Source: Mytilus californianus
Lineage: Eukaryota
NCBI RefSeq assembly: GCF_021869535.1
Contig: NW_026262723.1
Span: 111,228,001 to 111,292,000, forward strand
Reading direction: 5' to 3'
DNA length: 64,000 bases
In this document: positions 36,758-49,392 of the stretch, one piece after another
How positions within the stretch are numbered: the first letter of the stretch is position 1
How the letters are laid out: every line of letters begins with the position of its first letter
Position numbers and translations under genes: made by a program
The notes under the pieces: generated by a model
Told to the model about the DNA's origin: nothing
The model's database searches: none
Seen by the model: only the letters and a program-made list of their open reading frames with translations

Positions 36758-39449
36758 ACCTGAAAAATATAATAACCACAGTTAAAGCTTCCCTATGTTA
36801 TTAAGATTGTGTAACACTCTTCAGAAGTAAAATAAAACATAATGAAATAAACATGGAATGGTTAAAATGAATAAACAATCTTTTAACAATTTAATTATGT
36901 ATGTTTGATTTTCCCCTATGAATTTTTTGTTCCATATGCAGAAACGGACATTAAAACTGTCCTAAATAATTAATTTTCATGTTTTATTAGAGAAATCCAT
37001 TATTCATTATCTACATACATTCTTTTGACAAACTTATTCTGTGTTGTATCATCTTGACAAAACCCTCTGTTCTACAGAGTTATTAAAGATTGATTCAACA
37101 ATCTTTAAACTATATAACCACCATAAATCAAGTTTATTACATTGCATTTCATAAATTTAGTAAAATTATCCAATAAAATGTAGGTGTAGCATTAACTGTT
37201 TGATTTAAAGATTTCCATTTCTATAAAATCAACTTATTATTTGCAGAGAATTTTTTCTTCTCAGGTTTGGCTCTTTCTTCGTCGCAATTTACTTTGGCAA
37301 TATTCTAAAAAATTATGTACCGGTAATCCAACTTTTGATATATTTGAGACAATTCATTTTCGAGTTATTTCTTCTCACAAAAGCCTCGTAAATAATTCTC
37401 TTTAGAAAAATTACTCGTATCTGACTGATTATTAAATATCAAACAGTCCCCTATGATGTTTCAACTTCATTAATTAACAGATATTTCTTATTAAGTACAG
37501 TTTATTGGTCTAACCTTGTTCAGCCAATGAAATTTTGAGAGACTCACACTCAAGTGGGAAGCTTGGCACCATAAAACTTTATTTAATACATAAACGAATG
37601 TCCCATCTCTGATATGTGACAAGCATCATTTTTTCACCACTTGTCGATATCTTTTTTGCCACTTTTAAACAGATTTTATAAATGATCACGAGGTAGTACA
37701 TTTGTTACTTATATCATTATATTTTAAGGCTATAATAAAATATACCCAGTGGTCCCTTATATTTACCCTCTGTATACACCAGTCAGAATTGTTCACTGTA
37801 ATAAAATGTACATGTAAGCGATATAACTATCCTACTTTATTGAAGTTATTCTGAACAAGAGATAAGAGAAAATCATGAAGAAATATAAAAAAAAAATATG
37901 GTATAAACAAATGTTATCACAATTGAGCACAACTGAGGAGATAAGTGTTACAATTGAAATAATACAAGAGGGTCTGGATCAGGTGTCCTTCATTTCTGTA
38001 TTCTTTATTTTTTTGGGTCATTTTTCTCTATTCTATTTATTTTTAGCCCATTATTCTCTTTTATATTTTAACATCCCATTATTATCTATTCTTTATTTTT
38101 AGGGCCTATTTTTCTCTATCCTATAATTTTAGGCCCATTTTTCTGCAGTATTGGCCCATTTATCTGTTCTGTAAACCCCATTTAGACCCTCGTACAATCT
38201 TACAATTGAGCACAGCTGAAATGATGCTATAACTATACATGTACCTTTTTATTCATATTGATAAGGTGTTTATATTATAGGTGTTGACATATTGTAAATT
38301 CAGAAATTTTTGTAATGTTTTTATTGTTGCGAAAAGAAAATTGTGACAGGATATGTTTCACAAAAAATAAAAATTCTTATTTTGAATTTTGGTAGCATCA
38401 CTTGTATGTAGCATTTCCTGAAATTGCAATAATTCAGCCTCCCATTTACGTCTGTTGGGCAATAACCGCAATGATAAATGCATGTAAAATAATCTGAATT
38501 TACAGTGTAGATATGTGAGCTTGTAGGCACATAATTATACACAAAGTACTCCTTAAAATAAATTATTTTGCACCACAAAAAATAAACTACAATAATGGCA
38601 ACATATGCTCGGGACTTCATTTGGAAATGTATCCCTCACACTTTTAGTTCATGATTTATTATTCAAGCAAAAAGCACTTTATACAAATTAGTGTGCAGAT
38701 TACATATCTATGACAATCATTTAGACCCCTTTGATATCGAAGGAGAAATTCCTCTAAAAATAGTCTTTACTTTGCTTAAAAACATTTTTTTTATCTGCCT
38801 CTATCTGAACTTTGTAAAGCTGGGTTCAAAAGCTCATTGTTTCATCCAATTACTCTAGTCTTTACTAAACATTTAACCACTGAAATTAAGAAATTTGTTT
38901 TATGGAAAGTATTTTCTCTGAGAACAGGGAAAATGCTGTGTTTATATGAATTACATGGTATCTTAGAAATACATTTTTATTAAATTATATCTTATAAATA
39001 TTTTAACCACTATACTTTAAATACATATAACAAAACATGTTGAAACTGAAGGCTTAGATCAGTTTTATAGAAAAAAAAACATAACAAAACAGAGACAGAA
39101 CTTAGCCATTTTAAAACAGCATTTCTTCTTATATTAGTAATTATATACATCTACAAAATAATGAAGGTGTAATGTTCTTACAATCAGGGTACATTTTGTG
39201 TATTTGTAAAAATGTATTAAAACCTCAGCATTTTAGCCTTACAGAATCTATCCATATTCAAAGACAAATAATCTTATCTTTCAACGTATAACTAGTTATA
39301 TTTTGATTGTGCTATTTAAAACTCACAATTCTGCATATTTTTACACAAAAGACTGAAATGCTACTTTAAAACAAATGTGTAGATATATATAAATGACAGA
39401 AATTTTATACAGTAAGACTAGTTTTTGGTATTTCTTTTTACTATGACCT

Positions 39450-39691
39450 TTATCTGTCCTTGCTTGTGAGCTTGTCAATTAGCTCTTGTAGAGGAGCTAA
39501 CTCTCTCTTCTCAATCAAGTTAAACTCTTGGACAAAGAAAATGAAATGTTTGAAGGACGTGTTAAGATGAGCTTCTTCACTTAGTTGTACCACTTCTTTA
39601 AAGTGTTGATGATATATATGTGCATAAACTCTGAATAGTCTTTTTAATATTGTCTTGGCTATAGCTAGAAAATTCTTCGGAAAGGGCACAC
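39450..39691 (-). CDS. MOB1: MOB kinase activator 1, exon 4 (stop)
   Basis: tatag|VPFPKNF...KRLFRVYAHIYHQHF...HLNTSFKHFIFFVQEFNLI...LTSKDR-TAA. Total CDS 651 nt (216 aa). Confidence 0.97.
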
Positions 39692-39882
39692 CTATAAATA
39701 TACAAACATATTAAATTTTGCAATCTACACATTTTGCAAAGTACATACTAGTAATGATTATGCGTACTCCATATTCTTTGAAAACCCTGTTATTAATACA
39801 AATTCATGGCTTCCCCTGAACTCTTTGGTGAATTCCCTTTACATGTAGAACAATTTTTTTTTGAAGGTCTGTATCATTACAA

Positions 39883-41418
39883 ACAAGAGTGCACACGCTG
39901 AAATGTCTCGCCTTCTTTACTAATCATTGATATTATGTTGATAGTCCTAAATATAAAGCTTTATTACAACTGTCACATAAACTTAACATTAACCAAGTAA
40001 ACTAAACATTGACCAATGAACCATGAAAATGAGGTCAAGGTCAGATGAACCATGCTAGGCAGGCATGTACAGCTAACAATTCTTCCATACAACAAATATG
40101 GTTGACCTATTGCTTATAGTTTAAGAAAAACAGACCAAAACACAAAAACTTAACACTGAGCAATGAACCTTGAAAATGAGGTCAAGGTCAAATAAAACCT
40201 GCTTGACTGACATATAGATCATAAAATATTTCCATACACCAAATGTAGTTGAACTATTGCATATAGTATTAGAAAAAAAGATCAAATCTCAAAAACTTAA
40301 CTTTGATCACTGAACCATGAAAATGAGGTCAAGGTCAGATGACACCTGCCAGCTAGACATGTACACCTTACAATCATTCCATACACCAAATATAGTAGAC
40401 CTATTGCATGCAGTATTAGAAAAAAAGACCAAAACTCAAAAACTTAACTTTGACCACTGAACCATGAAAATGAGGTCAAGGTCAGATGACACCTGCCAGC
40501 TAGACATGTACACCTTACAATCCTTCCATACACCAAATATTGTAGACCTATTGCATACAATATAAGAAAAACAGACCAAAACACAAAAACTTAACTATAA
40601 CCACTGAACCATGAAAATGAGGTCAAGGTTAGATGACACCTGCCAGCTAGACATGTACACCTTACAATCATTCCATGCACCAAATATTGTAGACCTATTG
40701 CATACAGTATAAGAAAAACAGACCAAAACACAAAAACTCAACTATAACCACTGAACCATGAAAATGAGGTCAAGGTCAGATGACACCTGCCAGCTAGACA
40801 TGTACACCTTACAATCCTTCCATACACCAAATATAGTAGACCTATTGCATACAGTATATAAAAAACAGACCAAAACACAAAAACTTAACTATAACCACTG
40901 AACCATGAAAATGAGGTCAAGGTCAGATGACACCTGCCAGTTGGACATGTACACCTTACAGTCCTTCCATACACCGAATATACTAGACCTATTGCTTATA
41001 GTATCTGAGATATGGACTTGACCACGAAAACTTAACCTTGTTCACTGATCCATGAAATGAGGTCGAGGTCAAGTGAAAACTGTCTGACGGGCATGAGGAC
41101 CTTGCAAGATACGCACATACCAAATACAGTTATCCTATTACTTATAATAAGAGAGAATTTAACATTACAAAAAATCTTAACTTTTTTTTCAAGTAGTCAC
41201 TGAACCATGAAAATGAGGTCAAGGACATTGGACATGTGACTGACGGAAACTTCGTAACATGAGGCATCCATATACAAAGTATGAAGCATCCAGGTCTTCC
41301 ACCCTCTAAAATATAAAGCTTTTAAGAAGTTAGCTAACGCCGCCGCCGCCGTAGCCGCCGCCGGATCACTATCCCTATGTCGAGCTTTCTGCAACAAAAG
41401 TCGCAGGCTTGACAAAAA
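39883..41418 (+). mobile_element. HINE/MITE-like satellite-bearing element (~146-bp core repeat x about 8) in MOB1 intron 3
   Basis: Unit 'aaccatgaaaatgaggtcaaggtcagatgacacc...', then (GCC)n and a 3' hairpin. Confidence 0.8.
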
Positions 41419-41833
41419 CCAGTGGATCCCAAAAGATTTTTTAAACAGAAATTTAAAGAGAGAATTTTCACATGCGTGGACAGTGAGCACACAACACAGG
41501 ATCTATATTTCAATCAATAAATGTTCTTAAGTTATATGAAACAAGACGAATCTGTTTTAACATTCTTTGTAAAGACAGCTGTTCCAACTGTAAATTTGAC
41601 ACAGACTTGTAGTTAAAAAAATGTTTTTTCTTCTTCTAAAAATCAACTAAATCAATCTCTGCATACCTCTAGGAATAACATTTTCTTTCGTGTGATGAGG
41701 CGAAAGAGAACAACACTTAAGTATACTTTGAATGAATTTGAGAGTATAAACTGTATGGAGTAAAATGCAAACAATAAAATTGTGAATGGAAGACTTTGAT
41801 ATCAGAACATAAAACTTTGTTTAAGAACAAAAT

Positions 41834-42610
41834 AAAATGTTCTGCTGGGCGCAGCTTGATACGACCGCAGAGGTCGAACCCTGAACAGTTGGGGCAAGTA
41901 TGGACACAACATTCAAGCTTGATACAGCTCTGAATTTGGATTGTGATTAAATATTTGACACAGCATAGGTTTCTGACACAGAATGAATGTATTCTAAGAA
42001 CTTAAAATGTTTTAACATTATTATTTGCTTTTATATATAAATCAGAAATAACCAACTTAAAATGGAAAATTTTAAAGAAAAAAAAAAGAAAAAAAATCCC
42101 CCCCAAATTTTTTGAACCCCCTTATGATTGATCACCCCCAAACTCAATCCCAGCCTTCCCTTTGTGGTATGGTATCTTGCAGTACAATTTCAGAGAAATC
42201 CATACACTTGAACACAAGTTATTGTCTGGAAACTAGAAAAATGCTTGTTTTTTGCCCCTTTTTGGCCCCTAATTCCTAAAATTTTGAGGCAATGACCCCC
42301 AAAATCAATCCCAGCATTCCCTTTGTGATATGGAACCTTGTGGTACAACGTCAGAGAGATTCATACACTTACACACAAGTTATTGTCTGGAAGTTACAAA
42401 AATGCTTATTTTTGGCCCCTAATTCCTTAACTGTTTGTACCATAACCCCCAAAATCAATCTCTGCCTTCCTTTTTGTGGTATTGAACCTTATGGTAAATT
42501 TTCATAGAGATCCATTCACTTAAACTAAAGTTATTGTGCGAAAACCAATGTGTCTTCGGACGACGACGACGCCAACATCATACCAATATACGACCGCGGT
42601 CGTATTAAAA
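41834..42610 (+). mobile_element. Helentron/HINE-like element, same family as 35648-36757
   Basis: Near-identical head, (GAC)n, terminal hairpin atacgaccgcggtcgtat. Confidence 0.75.
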
Positions 42611-43258
42611 TTAAACAATCCTGAATTTATTGAAACAATGTATAAGAGATTTTGAAATAATTGCTGGAATTTTTCAAATTATCTTAAGGGGAAAGGGCAA
42701 TTATTCATTTGGGGTAAGGAGAAGGTATGATAAGGCTACTTCTTCAGTATTATAAATCTTTCAAATAATATTCTTCAGATATTCACAAAACATTTTGAGG
42801 GAAATGCTTATTTTTTTGGAAACAGGAAGTAAAATGGCACTTTATAGCAGAAGAAAAATCATTGAAAATAGTACCAGGACCATGTATACAATTAACATAT
42901 GGTGATTAAGTTTAAGATCTTGCTGGTGTTTAGTGGATAACAGTGAAGCAGGGTGATTGCTGATGGTTTTGGAGATACATGTAACCCATGATTTACTACT
43001 TGTCGTATCATTATCTATTGAATTCACACATAAATATTTCAGAGTGAATCACAACCATTCACTGTGGGTAATGTAATACACTTGTAATATATCATTATCT
43101 ATTGAATTCACACAAAGATATTTCAGAGTGAATCACAAACATTTACTGTGGGATCTTTAATTGCATCACTTTGTGGGTACTGCAATATCAAATAACCAGT
43201 GTTATATTAAATTTAACTACATGTAATCTTAGATCTCCCTGAAGCAAGAGCAACATAC

Positions 43259-43486
43259 CAATTTTGGAAGGAAAGAGGGATTCTTCGTCTAACTGATCTT
43301 GTACCCATGACATGAGATAGTCTATATACTTTGGTGCTGAACATTTTATAGGCTTCTTTACAGTCTGACCATCTGCCCAGTGGTACTCATATTTTGGTCC
43401 AGCCGACATTACAGGACAGGTCTCTTCTGTACAGAACTCTGTTATAGTACCATATAACATATTTATCTGGTTAAAGAAGTCCACAG
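43259..43486 (-). CDS. MOB1: MOB kinase activator 1, exon 3
   Basis: tttag|TVDFFNQINMLYGTITEFCTEETCPVMSAGPKYEYHWADG...LFPSKIG|gtatgt; 228 nt. Confidence 0.97.
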
Positions 43487-43704
43487 CTAAAAATATAAAA
43501 CAAATATCATAAAACAGTTAAATTATAAACTGTCGATGTCTTATTAAATTTTTTATAATTTATACAGCAATCAAAGTACTGTCCTAACAAAAGCTTTGGA
43601 GCTTTATTAAATCGAAATAATAATTGCAAAATGAATTGAAGATTACAGGTTTATTTATATATCCCAGTAGCCAACATGGCCAATTCTACAACAATATAAA
43701 CTGT

Positions 43705-45699
43705 TTTAGAAGCATGTTCACACATTTCCAGGATTGTAACAGATACATTTGTCACACTTTATTTAGAAGCATGTTCTCACATTTCCAGGATTGTAACAGA
43801 TACACTTGTCACACTTTATTTAGAAGCATGTTCACACATTTCCAGGATTGTAACAGATACATTTGTCACACTTTATTTAGAAGCATGTTCTCACATTTCC
43901 AGGATTGTAACAGATACACTTGTCACACTTTATTTAGAAGCATGTTCACACATTTCCAGGATTGTAACAGATACATTTGTCACACTTTATTTAGAAGCAT
44001 GTTCTCACATTTCCAGGATTGTAACAGATACATTTGTCACACTTTATTTAGAAGCATGTTCTCACATTTCCAGGATTGTAACAGATACATTTGTCACACT
44101 TTATTTAGAAGCATGTTCTCACATTTCCAGGATTGTAACAGATACATTTGTCACACTTTATTTAGAAGCATGTTCACACATTTCCAGGATTGTAACAGAT
44201 ACATTTGTCACACTTTATTTAGAAGCATGTTCTCACATTTCCAGGATTGTAACAGATACATTTGTCACACTTTATTTAGAAGCATGTTCACACATTTCCA
44301 GGATTGTAACAGATACATTTGTCACACTTTATTTAGAAGCATGTTCACACATTTCCAGGATTGTAACAGATACATTTGTCACACTTTATTTAGAAGCATG
44401 TTCTCACATTTCCAGGATTGTAACAGATACATTTGTCACACTTTATTTAGAAGCATGTTCACACATTTCCAGGATTGTAACAGATACATTTGTCACACTT
44501 TATTTAGAAGCATGTTCTCACATTTCCAGGATTGTAACAGATACACTTGTCACACTTTATTTAGAAGCATGTTCACACATTTCCAGGATTGTAACAGATA
44601 CATTTGTCACACTTTATTTAGAAGCATGTTCTCACATTTCCAGGATTGTAACAGATACACTTGTCACACTTTATTTAGAAGCATGTTCACACATTTCCAG
44701 GATTGTAACAGATACATTTGTCACACTTTATTTAGAAGCATGTTCTCACATTTCCAGGATTGTAACAGATACATTTGTCACACTTTATTTAGAAGCATGT
44801 TCTCACATTTCCAGGATTGTAACAGATACATTTGTCACACTTTATTTAGAAGCATGTTCTCACATTTCCAGGATTGTAACAGATACATTTGTCACACTTT
44901 ATTTAGAAGCATGTTCACACATTTCCAGGATTGTAACAGATACATTTGTCACACTTTATTTAGAAGCATGTTCTCACATTTCCAGGATTGTAACAGATAC
45001 ATTTGTCACACTTTATTTAGAAGCATGTTCACACATTTCCAGGATTGTAACAGATACATTTGTCACACTTTATTTAGAAGCATGTTCACACATTTCCAGG
45101 ATTGTAACAGATACATTTGTCACACTTTATTTAGAAGCATGTTCTCACATTTCCAGGATTGTAACAGATACATTTGTCACACTTTATTTAGAAGCATGTT
45201 CTCACATTTCCAGGATTGTAACAGATACATTTGTCACACTTTATTTAGAAGCATGTTCACACATTTCCAGGATTGTAACAGATACATTTGTCACACTTTA
45301 TTTAGAAGCATGTTCACACATTTCCAGGATTGTAACAGATACATTTGTCACACTTTATTTAGAAGCATGTTCACACATTTCCAGGATTGTAACAGATACA
45401 TTTGTCACACTTTATTTAGAAGCATGTTCACACATTTCCAGGATTGTAACAGATACATTTGTCACACTTTATTTAGAAGCATGTTCTCACATTTCCAGGA
45501 TTGTAACAGATACATTTGTCACACTTTATTTAGAAGCATGTTCTCACATTACCAGGATTGTAACAGATACATTTGTCACACTTTATTTAGAAGCATGTTC
45601 TCACATTACCAGGATTGTAACAGATACATTTGTCACACTTTATTTAGAAGCATGTTCTCACATTTCCAGGATTGTAACAGATACATTTGTCACACTTTA
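43705..45699. repeat. 57-bp satellite, 35 copies, in MOB1 intron 2
   Basis: Unit tttagaagcatgttc(a/t)cacatttccaggattgtaacagatacatttgtcacacttta; 1995 bp / 57 = 35. Confidence 0.97.
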
Positions 45700-47049
45700 T
45701 TTAATATTTTAACAACAATCTCGGTTTAAGCAAATAGAAAACATGAACAGATAAGAGAACTTTTCGTTTTTTATATAGATTAGACCGTTGGTTTTCCCGT
45801 TAGAATGGTTTTACACTAGTAATTTTTTGGGGCCCTTTATAGCTTACTGTTCGGTGTGAGCCAAGGCTCCGTGTTGAAGACCGTACTGTGACCTATAATG
45901 GTTTACTTTTATAAATTTTGACTTGGATGGAGAGTTGTCTCATCGGCACTCATACCACATCTTCTTATATCTATTTGGGAAGGAGGCTGACATACTGTAT
46001 TCATTTACACCATGTCCTATTTATGTTAATTGATTTAAGTAATGTATTGTCCAAGAGCTGTCGGTTCAAATCTAATCTATTAGTTCAGGTGAAAAAAGTA
46101 GGTCACTGGGATCAATGTTGGATAGCATATCAATGATGAATCTACTTCCTTTATGCTTTCAGGGATGATAAAATACCATGCCAAACTTGAATGGCTTGTA
46201 CCAAATCTGACAGACAAGTAAAATTTACATGTTCAAAATATGTTCCAATTACCTGTCATGGACAAGTAAATTCTGTTAAAGCACAACCAGTACCGAAGGC
46301 ATTTAAAAAAATGTCCATTCAACTACATGTTTGTATAGTATTTGTCATTGGATAGGTGAAGAACTTTGAAATATCCACACTCCTGGTTTTACCATACAAT
46401 TTTGCATTTAGTTTACTAAAACATATCTGAATAATGGTTCTAAAAATATCATTTGAACAGGGACAGAGATGTACATATGGACCAAGAAACATTGCAATAG
46501 TTTCTTTTCTACAACACCCAGACCAATTAATAACAAATTCCTCCTTTAAAGTAATGTTGTTAGATATCAAAATGTACTTTCAATATCTAGCAATTACTGA
46601 AGAAGTTATAGGAAAACAAGTCTAATTGTTTAACTAAAAAAGTCGTATTAAGGCTGTCGCATAGTGGACATTTCTGATTGGACAAGCCATTTAAAGCTAA
46701 GTCAATGTAAGTAGATACAATTATTTGTAAACGAGAATAAATATAGTATTGTACTAAGTTTAAATCTATATTTATTATAAATTCATTGTAATTTCCTGTT
46801 AATAAGTATATAAATCCTTCCCAAACCAATGAGTCATATGACACATACAACGGAAATACATGTACTTTTTGTTGTTTAAACATGTTAACATAAAAAAGGC
46901 TTTTATAGTTTATTAATGTTACCATACACCTATATATATATCATAACTTAAAATAATTTACCAAAAATCTCAATAAAACAAGCATTCTGTGAGTATTACC
47001 TGGCAATACATATTCCCCTACTAGTTAAAAATTCATTGTACTTGAACAA

Positions 47050-47373
47050 AATGCTAACTAGATCTATAACTTGTCATGGTGTAAACTATATAACAAATAT
47101 CAAGTCAACATTTTCAAGCATGTCAGACGAAAAAAAATGTGGAAAACTGATTATTTGAGTGAATTTTCTAAGTCCAAGGACCATAACTCTGCACAAAATC
47201 ATCAGACCAGAACAAAATTTGAACTTGATCTGTAACTTGTCATGATAAAACAAAACACCAAATATCAAATCAATTTCTTCAAGCACGAAGAAAAAAAGTG
47301 TGGAAAACTGATTTGCCGGACTGACGGAGTGCAAACCTAAAGTCCCCTTCGACTTCGTCGGTAGGGGACTAAA
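47050..47373 (+). mobile_element. 3' part of a HINE-like element
   Basis: Ends gactgacgga...AGTCCCCT-tcgacttcgtcggt-AGGGGACT-aaaa (terminal hairpin). Confidence 0.55.
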
Positions 47374-47634
47374 ACCATCAAAACTTACTGTTAATACTAG
47401 CATGCATCAACTCAATAGAAATTCTCTCTGTCCCCTCTTTGGTAACAAAAAATGTTTCTGTACATATTAGCAATGAAGATGAAAATAGCCATTCGTTCAT
47501 ACGCTTACATGATATACCTCAAATCAAATAAAAATATATGTACATTTACTGCCTCCAAATATTTACGTCTTTCCCGACACATTTTCAGAGGTTAACATTG
47601 ACTGATAAATTGTGTTTTTCCACTAAATACTCAC

Positions 47635-47801
47635 TGTTTACAGCCACCCATTCATTTAGATCTTCTCCTTCAGGTAATACCACAGCCTGCCTAAGATTAC
47701 CACTTCCCAATGTGGCAGCAGCATGTTTCATCAAGTCATACTGATGACTTCCCTCAGGAATATTCTTCTTTGGTTTGAAGGTTTTATTGTTTCTTCCTCC
47801 A
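47635..47801 (-). CDS. MOB1: MOB kinase activator 1, exon 2
   Basis: ttgcag|GGRNNKTFKPKKNIPEGSHQYDLMKHAAATLGSGNLRQAVVLPEGEDLNEWVAVN|gtgagt; 167 nt. Confidence 0.96.
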
Positions 47802-49392
47802 CTGCAAATAACAAATCAATTAAAATATATTTCATCATCTGTAATCTTTTGTTTTAAATTTATGATCCTTATGTCGGACAGATATCCAGTTTAATTTACA
47901 CATTTGACATGGAGGTCTCTACTACAAGAGGTAACAGTGATCAAAACGGCATATTTTAATTCTTTACAATGGTTTCCTGGATCCACAAATTTAGTGAAGC
48001 CTTATATTTTATGATTTTTTTTAATTTCTTTCTTTGTCAGGGTCTATTTTAAAAAGTCCTAAAAAGTTTAAAAACGTAATTGTTAAGGAGTAAGCTAGAT
48101 ACACCTATTACAATCCGGCATGTTTGAGTCTATACTTTGTCCATGAAACCTGTAAACTAGAGGCTCTTAAGAGCCTGTGTACATGTAGCTCACGTAGGTT
48201 TATGTGCATATGCAACAATGGACACTTTCAAACATTGTAGACTAGAATGAAATTCATGACAAAAATCTCTTTTTGTTGATCTTGTATTGCTGTAAATTTT
48301 TTCTGTTTTACAGTTTCTCTCTATCTTCTTTAGTTTTTGTCCAAGACACATAAGAGGGTAGAAATAATCATCATTTAAGGGCAATCACTCCTATAAAGAG
48401 TCTACTAACTATATCGGCAATATTTAACTTTTTTGTAGATCTTGTCTTTCTGATCTTTTTGTTCTTTAAAGTTTCTATCTATGTTTTTATAGTTTTCAAG
48501 ATAATAGGCAAAAATGCAAAAAATTGGTAATTACCGTCATTAAAGAGAACTCCACTAAAGAGTCCACTAAAGATTTCGACCAAGTTGACTTAATTTTAGA
48601 TCTTGTCTTGCTGATCATTTTTGCATTCAAAAGTGTCTATCCATCTATTATACTTTTCAAGATAATAGACAAAATGCAAAAAATTGGTCAAAATTGTCAT
48701 TAAAGGGCAATAACTCTTAGGAGTCGTCTGACGATTTTAGCCATGAGACTTATTTGGAGATCTTTTTGCTATTTAGTGTTTCTCTCTTTCTATTATAGTT
48801 TTCAAGATAATTGGCAAAAATGAAAACAAATGGCAAAATTCTTCATATAAGGTCAATAACATAATCTTGAGAGATTTCTGTGATGATGACTACTGATTGG
48901 ACACCACAACCCAAAATCTATAAAAGCAAAAATAATAACCTGAATTGTATATATATATGTTTCTCTAATTCTTTGGCAATTCAACCCTTTCTAAACCCAT
49001 TGTATAAAAAAATTTAATCAAATAGTGGTTGTGGATGATCTCACAAGATGATTGGCTGAGTTTAAGGGTCATAACCTTTATCAGCTCACTGGATGGATCA
49101 AAATGTGCTAACATGCTTTAGAGAAATTGAAACTGTGTAAAATGTGGAAGGGGATTTTCGTTTATCAAAAAAGAAAATGTCCTTGATAATCATTAGAGAA
49201 TAAAATTGAGAATGGAAATAAGGAATGTGTCAAAGAGACAACAATCCGACCAAAGAGCGAAAAACAGCCGAAGGCCACCAATGGGTCTTCTACGCAGCGA
49301 GAATATCCCGCACCCGGAGGTGGGCTTCAGCTGGCCCCTAAACAAAAATGTGTACTATTTCAGTGAAAATGGATGTCATACTAAACTCCAAT

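Noticed and set aside
43705-45699. Regular repeat arrays (also 19082-19752 and 11860-12320) as CRISPR-like
   Set aside because: No unique spacers, no cas genes, eukaryotic context.
43624-45729. 701-aa Cys/His-rich repeat ORF that superficially resembles a metal-binding protein
   Set aside because: It is the stop-free frame of a 57-bp satellite, antisense within a MOB1 intron, starts at a non-ATG codon, and its variants show no codon-position pattern.
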